Positions 1 to 9,542 of a stretch of 64,000 bases of DNA are shown here, one piece after another. The translations under genes and the position numbers were made by a program. This DNA is from a virus (Duplodnaviria; Caudoviricetes). The stretch lies in IMG/VR virus record IMGVR_UViG_3300011678_000001, positions 128,001 through 192,000 of that record, one strand, 5' to 3'. The notes below the pieces were generated by a model. That model searched no databases. It was given only the letters and a program-made list of their open reading frames with translations, and was not told the DNA's origin. How positions within the stretch are numbered: position 1 is the stretch's first letter; each line of letters opens with the position of its first letter.

Positions 1-1646
1 CCGGCGGCCACATTGACCATGTGCGCAATGCCTGCATCGAACACACTGCTGTCAGCGATCGCTTGACCGTTCCCAGTGAAGGTCACTTTAAAGTCCAATA
101 CGTAGTAGTAGACTCGCAGGATCTCCACACTGCCATCCTTAAGGCTTGCGGCCACTTGAACTGTAGTCCGGCCCGGTGCAATCTGAAACGATGGCACCTG
201 ACCTGGCAGGTACGATGGCGTCTGTGCGACCCAAACACGGCTCTCTGACGCGCCGGCGTAGATGCTCTCACTGTCAGCCATCCCAGCATAAAGCGGGTGA
301 TCACCGTACGTACTGCGCAAGAAGCCCACATTGACTGGTGTGCGGTTGTAGTCGCCTGAGAACCAGCAACCAAACCGGGTGATCAGACGGTTAGCCGTGT
401 TGAAGAATCCGCTCCGAGATGGAATGGCTTCTTCGATGGTGTTCAGGACGGGTCCGTGGTCAGTGATGACCATTAGCCCGTTGCCTTGCTCCCGGTACAG
501 GACCATGGCGTCAATGGCCTGTTCGGTGATCCGATCCGCGCTCAGTGCACTTTCACTTGACATCAGAATCACAGCAGCGTATTGGTTCAACTCAGCCAGA
601 GTCGGGTTGAGTTTGGCTTCTGGCCAATCGCTGGTGTCCTTGATGGTCAGCTGGACATTCGCCACTTTTGCCAGATGAAGGAAGCTCAGTGCAAAGTCAC
701 TCGCAACCGATGTGCCCTTGATCCAATAGCTTCCAGATGACTTATCACCCAGCAGCAAGATCTTGCGATTACCAGCGGCAAACTTAGTCGGATTGGCGAT
801 GAAGTTGATGGCGTTGTACAAGAACTTAAAGCTTGCGGTCAACTGCCCCATCGGGGTAACCACATCTTTGGAGATAAAGGTGTAGTTAGAGATCCCGGCC
901 TCTGGCACCGACATGGTTTCAGGCACAGCCAAGGTCCCATCGAACACGACGAACTTAACCGCGCCATTGCGATCAAGGACGTAGGCCTTTGACAGATAGC
1001 CGGTGAAGTATTCCGCTGTGTCACCTTCCATCGCAAAGGACCAATCGTACAGTGTCGTTCCCACGACGGGTGTCAGGTCAAATTCCCGATGGTACCATTT
1101 CTCTTTGGCGTATGCGGTGATGTCACGGCCTGCATGTGCGGCGATGCCATTCTGGTCAACAAGACTGTCGACATGCCGAAGCGTCGGTAATGATCCACCA
1201 CTCATCAGTGCATCCACACCCATGCGGATGTTTGAGCCGTATCCGTAAAGGTCGTAGACCAGTCGGTCACCTGCCACGATGGCTACACTGCCGCGGTTGA
1301 TCATCTCGTAGTAATGCGAATTGATCGTCGTGGATGTCGTGGTGCATTGGGTTCTCAGGCGGATGGCCTTTTCGAACGCATGTTGAGCCACGTCAGCAGG
1401 GGGCGCTGAGTTGTTGTAAAACTTCGGGAAGCCGCCGTCGTACACCACATTGCCCAGACCGTCTTGGGTCACCGCAATAAAGGGCACCGGTGGGGTGCTG
1501 GCATCATACGCCACGTATTTGGAGATGGAGGGTGCACCGGCGTTGACCGTGTACTGCACGCTTTCCACTTCACTCGATAACACCAACTGCACAGTGGCTG
1601 GGTCATCATAAAAGCCGGGTTGTTTATCGAACGATACGTTGGCCAT
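1..1646 (-). CDS. Virion structural / tail-tip-associated protein (phiKZ gp131-like family), truncated by window edge
   Basis: Absent from the ORF track because it has no stop in the window. Read by hand from ATG at 1646 (upstream AAGGGATAG): MANVSFDKQPGFYDDP...FIAVTQDGLGNVVYDGGFPKFYN...TASFKFLYNAINFIANP, motifs typical of phiKZ-like tail-associated proteins. Confidence 0.75.
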   Translation of the reverse strand, partial: MANVSFDKQPGFYDDPATVQLVLSSEVESVQYTVNAGAPSISKYVAYDASTPPVPFIAVTQDGLGNVVYDGGFPKFYNNSAPPADVAQHAFEKAIRLRTQCTTTSTTINSHYYEMINRGSVAIVAGDRLVYDLYGYGSNIRMGVDALMSGGSLPTLRHVDSLVDQNGIAAHAGRDITAYAKEKWYHREFDLTPVVGTTLYDWSFAMEGDTAEYFTGYLSKAYVLDRNGAVKFVVFDGTLAVPETMSVPEAGISNYTFISKDVVTPMGQLTASFKFLYNAINFIANPTKFAAGNRKILLLGDKSSGSYWIKGTSVASDFALSFLHLAKVANVQLTIKDTSDWPEAKLNPTLAELNQYAAVILMSSESALSADRITEQAIDAMVLYREQGNGLMVITDHGPVLNTIEEAIPSRSGFFNTANRLITRFGCWFSGDYNRTPVNVGFLRSTYGDHPLYAGMADSESIYAGASESRVWVAQTPSYLPGQVPSFQIAPGRTTVQVAASLKDGSVEILRVYYYVLDFKVTFTGNGQAIADSSVFDAGIAHMVNVAA

Positions 1647-1658
1647 GGTCACTATCCC

Positions 1659-2183
1659 TTACGCTGAGACAGGTTCAATCATGACGCGGACGTAGCACTC
1701 GATGGCTTTGCCAGATTCGTTTGCCACGATCACGTAACGGTTGTCTTTCACCCCATAGACCACATAGGCCTGAGCGTTGACAAAGGCACCCAGCGTGGGC
1801 GAGCCTGTGACCGTGTCCTTGACGCGCACTTCGACATCCACGTTAGTCAGGTCGTACTTGGCTGCATTGACCCCAAGCAGGGTTTGCAGGTCGTACTGCT
1901 TGACCTGATCAATGGTCATGTTGAGGGTTTCTTTAACAGTGACCGATGGACGGACCCGTTGTAGACCGGAAGCACTGAAGGCCACTTCGATTAGAACGTT
2001 CTCATCCCCATAGACCGCATCACTGCCATCTACGTCACCCACAAGTTTCAATTCAAATGGGTTGGTCAATTTGACCGCACTGGCGGCAGCTTCCGTCTTC
2101 CCGAGTTTGCCGTCGAGTTTATCGGAGATGGCTGCAAACAGCGCAGTGAATTTTGCTTTCACGGCATCGATGCTGGTTGACAT
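1659..2183 (-). CDS. Putative virion/tail-fibre-associated protein
   Basis: Likely start MSTSIDAVK at 2183. SAVKLTNPFELKLVGDVDGS resembles the tail-fibre A.KL...I.L.GDV.GS motif; adjacent to the tail-tip gene. Confidence 0.55.
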   Translation of the reverse strand: MSTSIDAVKAKFTALFAAISDKLDGKLGKTEAAASAVKLTNPFELKLVGDVDGSDAVYGDENVLIEVAFSASGLQRVRPSVTVKETLNMTIDQVKQYDLQTLLGVNAAKYDLTNVDVEVRVKDTVTGSPTLGAFVNAQAYVVYGVKDNRYVIVANESGKAIECYVRVMIEPVSA

Positions 2184-2267
2184 TTTTAAGTACCTAAATA
2201 GTACGACATGGGTGAATCGTAAAACTTTACATAGAATTGTCCGAAAAAATAAAAGGGATGCGGCATA

Positions 2268-2299
2268 AGTGCAGGAGAACCCGAAGGCTCTCCTGCACT
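2268..2299 (-). terminator. Intrinsic terminator-like hairpin
   Basis: AGTGCAGGAG/CTCCTGCACT stem, cUUCGg loop on minus strand, followed by TTATGCCG. Confidence 0.7.
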
Positions 2300-2302
2300 C
2301 TG

Positions 2303-3121
2303 TTAGATTGAGGCGTCGCGCCATTCGCGGATTTGCTCTTTGGTCCAGTGGGGCGACCGGCCTTTGAAACGGATCGGGTCAGGGAACGGCGGCTTGTGTC
2401 CGGGAACGTCTCCGCTGCGATAACGACTTAGCGTGGTATTGGCAATGTCCAGCATCATCATCACCTCTTGCGCGCTGGCGAGTTCGAACCACGGAATGTC
2501 ATGGACATGGACAGTACCTTCTTTGGATGCACTTGGTCCCAAGCGAGTATGCAGGCTATGCATGATGGCTTGCATCGCTGAATGCCATTGTGCTGTCACG
2601 CCTTCTCGGATGGTCCCTGCTGGAAAGGCTTCTAACGCATGATTGGCTGCGGTCTGACACTCCCGAATATAGTCCTCCACTGAGACCGCCTGACCATTGA
2701 AGAACAGGCCGCCGTTAACACCAATAGCCGCTGCATTGACTTTCAACGCCTGGAGAAATGACGGGGATGCAATACACAGACCGAAGTTTGTAACCACGTC
2801 CTCAGGTCCGTGTATCCACATCACGCGCAGACCCTCAGGTGATCCGAACGTATCGGTGTTGCCTGCATGGACCCCCAGCAGCCAGACCAGTTGTTTGAGC
2901 TTGAACTTCTGGTTGATCAGGACGTTGATCTGGTAGTCATAATCATCCATCCCACCGATGACCTGACGCAGGTAGAGGTTGGTCTCCTCCATTGTCATGA
3001 TCACTTCTGGTGTGCGTTGAAAGGGATTGACAGCGGTGACAATCACCTCGTCTCGAGAGCGAGTGGATTCAAGCTCTTCTAACTTACCGGTACTGCTGTT
3101 GAACACATAGGTTGGAAACAT
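2303..3121 (-). CDS. Hypothetical protein with C-terminal AlpA/excisionase-like winged HTH
   Basis: C-terminus EVMMMLDIANTTLSRYRSG...FPDPIRFKGRSPHWTKEQIREW matches the AlpA pattern; start MFPTY at 3121 with AAGGGG RBS. Confidence 0.6.
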   Translation of the reverse strand: MFPTYVFNSSTGKLEELESTRSRDEVIVTAVNPFQRTPEVIMTMEETNLYLRQVIGGMDDYDYQINVLINQKFKLKQLVWLLGVHAGNTDTFGSPEGLRVMWIHGPEDVVTNFGLCIASPSFLQALKVNAAAIGVNGGLFFNGQAVSVEDYIRECQTAANHALEAFPAGTIREGVTAQWHSAMQAIMHSLHTRLGPSASKEGTVHVHDIPWFELASAQEVMMMLDIANTTLSRYRSGDVPGHKPPFPDPIRFKGRSPHWTKEQIREWRDASI

Positions 3122-3171
3122 GGGCGGTCCCCTTGATGAGCTGACATAATGGCCCCCGAAGGGGCCACCTG

Positions 3172-3405
3172 TTATTTGACGTAGATGACGACTCCGGTAC
3201 AATCCCGGATGGCCACGATCGAATCGGTACTGACCTCATGCTGAGTCACAAAGGTCTTAACCTGCTCGACTTCCCATTTACGGGAGAACAACGCTTTGAA
3301 CTTGAAACGGTTATCGGCTTTGATAGACAGGTGGTGGGTGGGGGTTTCAACGGTGTAGTCCGGCCGGGAATGTAGATGCGGCAATACTAAGGTTAAACCA
3401 CTCAC
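3172..3405 (-). CDS. Hypothetical protein
   Basis: ORF with AGGAGG RBS in a tightly packed minus-strand operon. Confidence 0.6.
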   Translation of the reverse strand: MSGLTLVLPHLHSRPDYTVETPTHHLSIKADNRFKFKALFSRKWEVEQVKTFVTQHEVSTDSIVAIRDCTGVVIYVK

Positions 3406-3413
3406 ACGACCTC

Positions 3414-3716
3414 CTAGCGAAAGACGCTGTCACTGAGTTCAGATAACGGCAGGTAACCCGGCTTGATGTCATCCACAGTGATCAGCAACCCATAACCCGT
3501 CATCAAGCGCGACACCGGATCAGGACCGATTTCGTTGATCAGCAATATCGTGACGGCATCGTGCTTCAGGCGGTACGCCTCATTCACTTTGAATCGCGAA
3601 TAGTCTTGCTTGACCATCTCACGAGCTTTCTTCAAGTTAACCTTGAGACGTGTAGTGGGGGTGAAGTGCATCGCCGAGAGGCCATCTAACTCGTCGTCGG
3701 TTATATCGTCGGCCAT
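3414..3716 (-). CDS. Hypothetical protein
   Basis: ORF in operon, AAGGAA RBS. Confidence 0.6.
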   Translation of the reverse strand: MADDITDDELDGLSAMHFTPTTRLKVNLKKAREMVKQDYSRFKVNEAYRLKHDAVTILLINEIGPDPVSRLMTGYGLLITVDDIKPGYLPLSELSDSVFR

Positions 3717-4114
3717 GGAATATTTCCTTTGTCAAGGTGGTAGAGCGCCCACCACAGGTAGAAGAAGATAGCAGGGTAGTTCAGGCCACAATCAACCATG
3801 TGCTGCCACAGGGGTTTGTGGGTGTACTGCAATTTGTTCTGGCTGAGTTTGAGCAAGCCATTGACCTGATCACGCGGGATCTTACGCCAGCTCTGGTACA
3901 TCCAGAAGTAAAACCGTCCGGCGTTCCAGAAGGGAATGCGACCGACCCGGTATGTCCAGGTTTGTCCGGCGGTGTGAAACTCACCGGTCACTTGTGGGTA
4001 GCGGGTGCTGTGGACAATGTACGCAATGAGGACAGTGCCGATGAATGAAGCGACACTGATTAGAAAGGGGTCAAACATTTTAATTACGCCTGAAAAAGGG
4101 TGGTAGGGATTCAT
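3701..4114 (-). CDS. Hypothetical membrane protein
   Basis: Hydrophobic N-terminal segment FLISVASFIGTVLIAYIV. Confidence 0.55.
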   Translation of the reverse strand: MNPYHPFSGVIKMFDPFLISVASFIGTVLIAYIVHSTRYPQVTGEFHTAGQTWTYRVGRIPFWNAGRFYFWMYQSWRKIPRDQVNGLLKLSQNKLQYTHKPLWQHMVDCGLNYPAIFFYLWWALYHLDKGNIPWPTI

Positions 4115-4127
4115 AGAATCCCTATCC

Positions 4128-4141
4128 GGTGTAATTATTTA
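4128..4141 (-). promoter_or_regulatory. Candidate phage RNAP promoter (TAAATAATTACACC)
   Basis: Identical 14-mer at 49800-49813; resembles the phiKZ TAC-ending promoter consensus; intergenic and upstream of a minus-strand operon. Confidence 0.5.
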
Positions 4142-4142
4142 A

Positions 4143-4415
4143 TCAGTCGTCGAGTCTGTTTTCTTCCTCTTCGTCTTCATCATGAATGATCTGATCCATC
4201 TCTTGACGGTCGCGCTCGTCCGAGATCTTTTCCATGTAGTAATAGTAGATCTGTTCTTTGGTCATGCCATCGAACGTTCCTGCTTGCGCAAGCTCATCAT
4301 AGTCGTGCTGAGATTCGGGTTCGAACTCATCAACGCTCATGTCGAGTATATCTTTCATGATGCTATTCCTTTTCTGGTCTACATATCCGATCGAGCCAAG
4401 CCCGTCGGAATTCAC
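4143..4415 (-). CDS. Small acidic hypothetical protein
   Basis: Very D/E-rich ORF; true start probably MKDILD. Confidence 0.55.
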   Translation of the reverse strand: MNSDGLGSIGYVDQKRNSIMKDILDMSVDEFEPESQHDYDELAQAGTFDGMTKEQIYYYYMEKISDERDRQEMDQIIHDEDEEEENRLDD

Positions 4416-4884
4416 GGCGTTTACGCTTTACCATCGTCCTGACCGATACATCTCCACTGATGACTAAGTGGGCCTCGTCTGTCGTCAAGGCAATGTCCTC
4501 ATGGACGATTACATCATTGAACGACCAGAAGGCTTCACTGCCTTCGTCACCGTCTACTGCATGACACTGCGCACGGCTAATACCCAGTGTCGTTTCAAGG
4601 CCCCGTATCAACAGACTCCCGTAGCCACGGCGACGGTGGTCGTGGTGCACGTAGACCATGATCTGGTGTGTCCGTCTGTTGTATGCAGCGCAGCCCACCA
4701 AGGTGCCTTTGATCTCAAGGCCCACCACTTTCCAAGGGGAAGGGCGATGTCCGTCCCAAATGCCGTCCAAGGCGTCATGCAGGGTCCCTAACCGACCGTT
4801 GTTCAACTTGGCGTCAAGACAACGACCGGCGACGGTCACCTGATCCTCGTAAATGAACTTAGCGGTTTCGGCCACGGTATCCAC
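4363..4884 (-). CDS. GNAT-family acetyltransferase
   Basis: Motif A VYVHHDHRRRGYGSLLI; downstream AFW motif. Confidence 0.75.
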   Translation of the reverse strand: MDTVAETAKFIYEDQVTVAGRCLDAKLNNGRLGTLHDALDGIWDGHRPSPWKVVGLEIKGTLVGCAAYNRRTHQIMVYVHHDHRRRGYGSLLIRGLETTLGISRAQCHAVDGDEGSEAFWSFNDVIVHEDIALTTDEAHLVISGDVSVRTMVKRKRREFRRAWLDRICRPEKE

Positions 4885-5503
4885 CTCGTTTCATGTGCGG
4901 TATTCGTTCTGACCGCGGTCGCTTCACCCGTGCATCGAACGCCCGCAGAATATTGTCATTGTAGTACGCATTGTGATTCTCGACAGCCCGCGCACCGAAG
5001 GTACTGTTCTTTGCGATCGCCTCAGAATACAGACCGGGAGCTGCCATGGATTCTCTCAACTGACGGCTGATTTCCTCCTCTTTCTCCTCGTCTTCAATCT
5101 GACGCATCAGATCGCCCAACCTGCGGCCGATCTTGGCGCCTTGGTGAATCATGCGGTCCGCTTCCAGTGTATCGAGCGGCGATAGGGAATCGATGAGCAC
5201 CGTGGGTGCGTCTGGATGACTTTCGTGCGCGAAGAAGGATTCTCGCCAAGCCTCAACCGCCTCAGGCGATACAGCATGCTCCGTCAAACCCTCTATCTTC
5301 TTGCACAGTTGTTCGTCCTCAAAAGGGTCAGATTCAAGGTTGTAGTAGAGTTGTGTTTTAGACGCAGGCGTGTGGGCGAACAACCCGAGGCAGGACATCA
5401 GGGGTGTGCCGTGAAGGAGAACACTCGTGTCCATGACCGCTTTGACTGAGTCCATTGACGGACTGACCGTAACCAGTTTATCAAGAGGGTTGAATTTATC
5501 CAT
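4859..5503 (-). CDS. Hypothetical protein
   Basis: 214-aa ORF in operon. Confidence 0.6.
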   Translation of the reverse strand: MDKFNPLDKLVTVSPSMDSVKAVMDTSVLLHGTPLMSCLGLFAHTPASKTQLYYNLESDPFEDEQLCKKIEGLTEHAVSPEAVEAWRESFFAHESHPDAPTVLIDSLSPLDTLEADRMIHQGAKIGRRLGDLMRQIEDEEKEEEISRQLRESMAAPGLYSEAIAKNSTFGARAVENHNAYYNDNILRAFDARVKRPRSERIPHMKRGGYRGRNR

Positions 5504-5611
5504 GAGGTTGTGCTTCCGGGGGTCTTGACTAAGGTTTCAACTGGATAACATGCAAACGACATAAGTCAGAGGTCGCCAAGGACGCGGCTGCATCCTCAAC
5601 GACCCAACCGG

Positions 5612-5887
5612 TTAGCCGCCAGTATGCGGCTGTGTTAATTCAACGATGGGGCCGGTACCCCATTGATCAAACCGACGCTTCAGGTGCACGTAGCGCTCCG
5701 TCATCGTCAGTTGAGCAGTCAGACGTGAATGGCCCGGATCGCTTGTTGGCGTGTTGGCCAGTACACTGCGGTACCACTTGATATCCTCTTCCATGTCGAT
5801 GATCTCGCAACCGTGCAGAGAATGGCTGTTGAGTTCGTCGTATTGGGCAGGGGTCAGAGGCCCGGTGTTTTCAACATCAGTTTCCAT
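5612..5887 (-). CDS. Hypothetical protein
   Basis: Start METDVEN overlapping the end of the upstream gene. Confidence 0.55.
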   Translation of the reverse strand: METDVENTGPLTPAQYDELNSHSLHGCEIIDMEEDIKWYRSVLANTPTSDPGHSRLTAQLTMTERYVHLKRRFDQWGTGPIVELTQPHTGG

Positions 5888-6563
5888 GGTCGTTCTCTTG
5901 AGTAGGTGTAGGCGATGAGACGTGAGCGAGGGCCGCTTCAAGATTGGTCAGCGGTACCCTCCATTGTTTCCCATCTTCATCGCGATAGGTGAAAGGGTAG
6001 AAGAATTCGTCGAAGTCTTGGCGGGTCATCCACAATGTCTCGCCTGTTTTGAGGCGGCGACTGAAACACTCTCCCTCATCGACTTTAATGGTGGCGACAT
6101 ACCGTCCATGATGTAGCGTATCGTAGACGGCGTTGATGCGGACTTCCATGCCACTTCGCAGAAATGCCTTGGTCGGCGGTGCATCCGAATGGCGCGTCCT
6201 GGCGGCGATCATCATCTGATGCGCTGTCCAGTCTCCATACAGTCGGCCCTTATCAACCGGTTGCATCCATTCGGCGAGATCGGCGTCGGCCTGCTCCCCA
6301 ATGGTGACTTTGATAAGTGTCTGAGAGCCTCGCCCCAAGTTATGTCTGAGACTACCGGCGGCGGCACAGATCGCAAGCTCATTGGTCGAAGAGCCACGAT
6401 TGGTGTCGATCATATACTGCAACCAACGGATCTTGGTGGCCAGATCTTCGAAATTTGGTTCATAGTCCCTTACACATGAACGACAGAGGCCAAACTCATT
6501 CAGCGAGATTATACTCATGGCTTGTTTACATTCAATGCACGGTGCAGAATCGAGAAAATCCAT
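5877..6563 (-). CDS. Hypothetical protein with N-terminal CxxC..CxxC zinc finger
   Basis: CIEC...CRSC; GGAG RBS before MDFLD. Confidence 0.55.
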   Translation of the reverse strand: MDFLDSAPCIECKQAMSIISLNEFGLCRSCVRDYEPNFEDLATKIRWLQYMIDTNRGSSTNELAICAAAGSLRHNLGRGSQTLIKVTIGEQADADLAEWMQPVDKGRLYGDWTAHQMMIAARTRHSDAPPTKAFLRSGMEVRINAVYDTLHHGRYVATIKVDEGECFSRRLKTGETLWMTRQDFDEFFYPFTYRDEDGKQWRVPLTNLEAALAHVSSPTPTQENDHGN

Positions 6564-6637
6564 GGCTGATACTCCGACGTATAGGGTAGGTTCTCCTGAA
6601 TAATGTAGGGCCAAGAAAAAATCCATTCCGCTATAGG

Positions 6638-6658
6638 GCCAGAGGATAAACCTCTGGC
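6638..6658. terminator. Intergenic hairpin
   Basis: GCCAGAGG/CCTCTGGC followed by TTTATGTCG. Confidence 0.6.
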
Positions 6659-6669
6659 TTTATGTCGTG

Positions 6670-6966
6670 CTACATCGAGCCGAAGCCAAAGTCACCGGCC
6701 GCACTGATGCAGTGCGCGCTGATCTCGGTCTTACCGCCTTCAATGGCGGGTCTGAATTCAATACGGACTTCGTACTGCTCTGTGTCACCTACACACTCGG
6801 TGATTGTGATCTCCTCGTCACCCTGCATCTCCTTGTACTCGTTGATCAGACTGATCGTGAAATCACCTTCCAGTATTTCGACGCACTCCGCGCGCCAGTC
6901 TACATTGGGGTCATCCTTGAGTGCCAAGAGGTCCGTCCGGGTCATTGTCTGAGGGATCTTAATCAT
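6670..6966 (-). CDS. Hypothetical protein
   Basis: ATGA-coupled to upstream gene. Confidence 0.6.
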   Translation of the reverse strand: MIKIPQTMTRTDLLALKDDPNVDWRAECVEILEGDFTISLINEYKEMQGDEEITITECVGDTEQYEVRIEFRPAIEGGKTEISAHCISAAGDFGFGSM

Positions 6967-7187
6967 TGTGCGGTGTCCTCTTTCTCAGTGAACTGCTTCA
7001 TGAATAGCGATTCTGCGATTACCCAGATCTCACCCGCAGGGCGGTCGTGGGTAGGTGTCAGATTGGTGTACACCACCATCGGCCAGGAACAGTCCTGCCC
7101 ATGCTTGGCGCGGTGCAACACCTTAAACGGCAATCCCGACGGTGACAGGTACTCACAGTCTGTGCGGATCTCAGACAGGATTGTCAC
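6963..7187 (-). CDS. DUF1653-like small SH3-type protein
   Basis: YLSPSGLPFKVLHRAKH...MVVYTNL...IWVIAESLF matches the DUF1653 pattern; GTG start with GGAG RBS. Confidence 0.55.
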   Translation of the reverse strand: MTILSEIRTDCEYLSPSGLPFKVLHRAKHGQDCSWPMVVYTNLTPTHDRPAGEIWVIAESLFMKQFTEKEDTAQ

Positions 7188-7404
7188 GGTAATGCATCTC
7201 CGCCATGACTCGACCCTTGTCACTGAGCATGTTAGGCAGATCCTTGGAGTAGTCCTTCTTAGCTACCCCGAGGGTAATCAATTCAGCCATGCCTGACTTG
7301 CTGGGTAGGTCTCCATCGGCCTGCGGGCCGTGATGGTACAGTTTATACATGACATCGATGGCTGCCCCGCTGACCAGGATATCGCCGATTTGATGCTGGC
7401 TCAT
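7171..7404 (-). CDS. Hypothetical protein
   Basis: ORF with AAGGAG RBS. Confidence 0.6.
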   Translation of the reverse strand: MSQHQIGDILVSGAAIDVMYKLYHHGPQADGDLPSKSGMAELITLGVAKKDYSKDLPNMLSDKGRVMAEMHYRDNPV

Positions 7405-7413
7405 GGGAGCTCC

Positions 7414-7902
7414 TTAAGCAGTTGCAGGTTCGTTGCAAAGGGTTGTGATGCCCAGATGCGTTCCATCGAACGTCAGGCTGAAATCCTTGTGGTGATAGCG
7501 CTGAACCGGCACCCCGGCGTTCAGACGAGCCAGGAGGTTACATAGGTACATGCGCTGTGCCAATCCCTCCAGCAGGAAGGTTTCTTCATACCGACCGCAG
7601 TTGACCGTTACCACGGTGGCAGTGACCTGCTGACCGATGACTTCAAACTCAAACGAGCTGTATTTCGGTCGGTCGATCAAGCACATGATTTTCTTATCGA
7701 GAAACACCTCCCACAGCCAGCTTAACACGCTATGCATATCGAGGTGGCGCGGGCGGACATAGAGCTCGACAAACTCGGTCAGGACATCTAGGCGAATCTC
7801 GCCCAGCTGACTAAAGTCCGTGGTCGGTGAACCATTGACCGTTGAGGTGGCCTGGACCAAAGGCTCAAGACAATCGAAGAATTCCTTTGTCTCCGGTTTC
7901 AT
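7414..7902 (-). CDS. Hypothetical protein
   Basis: ORF in operon. Confidence 0.6.
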   Translation of the reverse strand: MKPETKEFFDCLEPLVQATSTVNGSPTTDFSQLGEIRLDVLTEFVELYVRPRHLDMHSVLSWLWEVFLDKKIMCLIDRPKYSSFEFEVIGQQVTATVVTVNCGRYEETFLLEGLAQRMYLCNLLARLNAGVPVQRYHHKDFSLTFDGTHLGITTLCNEPATA

Positions 7903-7911
7903 GACAGGTTC

Positions 7912-8121
7912 CTACTTCTGGTTGGGGTTGTTAAAGACCATGACAGGTTTGTTCTCCATGACTAAGTAATCTCCGATACGCTGACGACCCAGATGGCCAA
8001 GGGGGACTTCTTCAACGTCGATGGCCAGTGTCCGTGCCAATTCCGTCTTCCCTTCGGCTGATCCGTACTCGCCCGTTTCTGTGTTGTACACAGTGAATGT
8101 TCGGGATTCATCGTTTGTCAT
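7912..8121 (-). CDS. Small hypothetical protein (possible NUMOD1-like HTH)
   Basis: MTNDESRTFTVYNTETGEY...ELARTLAI; GAGGA RBS. Confidence 0.45.
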   Translation of the reverse strand: MTNDESRTFTVYNTETGEYGSAEGKTELARTLAIDVEEVPLGHLGRQRIGDYLVMENKPVMVFNNPNQK

Positions 8122-8143
8122 GCGGGTCCTCGTTTCATGGGGG

Positions 8144-8293
8144 TTATTTGTTGTTGGGCACCATGGGTAACGATAATGTTCTGGGCGACTCTTGTAACGC
8201 AACTTTGGTTTGTGCCATGGTGTATAGCGCCGATAATCCAATGATCAATACAGTGACTACGATCAACGACGGCCAGCCCTTATCGTGTTTCAT
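8144..8293 (-). CDS. Small membrane protein
   Basis: MKHDKGWPSLIVVTVLIIGLSALY, single TM helix. Confidence 0.5.
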   Translation of the reverse strand: MKHDKGWPSLIVVTVLIIGLSALYTMAQTKVALQESPRTLSLPMVPNNK

Positions 8294-8316
8294 GAAGATA
8301 CTACTGCTCTGACAAA

Positions 8317-8643
8317 TCAAAAAGAAATGAACTGAATGCACTCATGGTCAGCCGGAATCTCCAGCTGACCGAGGGTGGCGACGGCGTGCATGCCGTCCCC
8401 TGAGCGCTCCATGATGTGAATGGTCTGAATGATGGGGTTCCCGTACCCCGTGGTCAACGCCAACGTTCGATCACCGATCTTGATAAACACTTCCAAAGGG
8501 TAATCGAACGCGACGTGAAACTCGTACGTATTGCCTTTCACAGCCAACTTGGCAGGCTGTCCTTCAATCTCATAGTGCAGCTCATTGGGATTGAAGGACA
8601 GAATGAGGTTGGACTTGGGCATGGGTGGCTTCCTCTGGTTCAC
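8317..8643 (-). CDS. Hypothetical protein
   Basis: ORF in operon (start may be MPKSNL). Confidence 0.55.
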   Translation of the reverse strand: MNQRKPPMPKSNLILSFNPNELHYEIEGQPAKLAVKGNTYEFHVAFDYPLEVFIKIGDRTLALTTGYGNPIIQTIHIMERSGDGMHAVATLGQLEIPADHECIQFISF

Positions 8644-8935
8644 CGCACAGTTGGCGGTAGTGGGTGTCGGTTACAACCAAGTACACCCCTTCCATGGGTT
8701 CGATGATCCAGTCACCTGGCTCAACGACCACTTTACCCCGATTCGTATCAATGATCCCCATGGCCACGTAGGTCCAGTAAGGATATCCCTTAGAACAACC
8801 CGACGTCCCGTAGAGGTCGGCAATCTCCATGTAGTGCGTAGGGCGTACCGCTGGATGATCGGCATTGTCCCGAGTCCAAGCTGGTACGCCCTTCTCATCA
8901 GGGGTGTTCCATCGAGTGGCTTTAAATTGACGCAT
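8582..8935 (-). CDS. Conserved phage protein (PGDW/PGDYG-like)
   Basis: IIDTNRGKVVVEPGDWIIE motif. Confidence 0.55.
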   Translation of the reverse strand: MRQFKATRWNTPDEKGVPAWTRDNADHPAVRPTHYMEIADLYGTSGCSKGYPYWTYVAMGIIDTNRGKVVVEPGDWIIEPMEGVYLVVTDTHYRQLCGEPEEATHAQVQPHSVLQSQ

Positions 8936-8948
8936 GTGACGCTCCCTG

Positions 8949-9170
8949 TTAAACGCGGTGGGACTTCAGCAGTTCTGTGTTGGCGTAGACTTCCAACTCT
9001 GGCTCGGCTGAAGGCTCGTCCTGCTTCTCGATCTCACGGGCCATGTAGGCTGCCCAGTTGGACGTGCCGGTGAGAATGGTTGAAGGTTTGTTCAATTGCG
9101 CTTCAAGAATCCTACGCATTAATTGTTCTTGTGTCATGGTCATGCCTTTAACTGCTAGGGTGTGCCACAA
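8949..9170 (-). CDS. Hypothetical protein
   Basis: Short ORF in operon. Confidence 0.5.
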   Translation of the reverse strand: MWHTLAVKGMTMTQEQLMRRILEAQLNKPSTILTGTSNWAAYMAREIEKQDEPSAEPELEVYANTELLKSHRV

Positions 9171-9531
9171 TATCTAACGGCACGGTGACAGTGTCGCCTA
9201 ACAAGCCGCCCACATAGCCTCGTGCCAACCAAAGTAATACATCACCGGGTTCCCCGTCGACGTTGTCACGCCAATTGGGCCCTAGGTGCTCAATCAACCA
9301 TGTGGTGATCGTTCGCCAATGTCTGTCGATCAAAGGACCGGCTTGTTTCCAATCGACATCGGCTCTGAAGAAGCCTTGATCACCCTCCACCAGTATGCGA
9401 TGGCCCGACCCATAGACCGGTGGATGAACCGTGAATGGCATACCGCGGGCTTGGGCCATGGCGTACCGTAGTGCAGACCCTCTCAAGGTACTGACAACCA
9501 CGATCACCTGTTCTGACTCGACTGCTCCCAC
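9148..9531 (-). CDS. NinX/DUF2591-like phage protein
   Basis: LRGSALRYAMAQARG...DWKQAGPLIDRH pattern. Confidence 0.55.
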   Translation of the reverse strand: MGAVESEQVIVVVSTLRGSALRYAMAQARGMPFTVHPPVYGSGHRILVEGDQGFFRADVDWKQAGPLIDRHWRTITTWLIEHLGPNWRDNVDGEPGDVLLWLARGYVGGLLGDTVTVPLDIVAHPSS

Positions 9532-9542
9532 GTCCTGCTCCT

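Noticed and set aside
2303-2480. Prophage or integrative element implied by the AlpA/Xis-like domain
   Set aside because: No integrase or att-like repeats in the window; the context is a lytic jumbo phage
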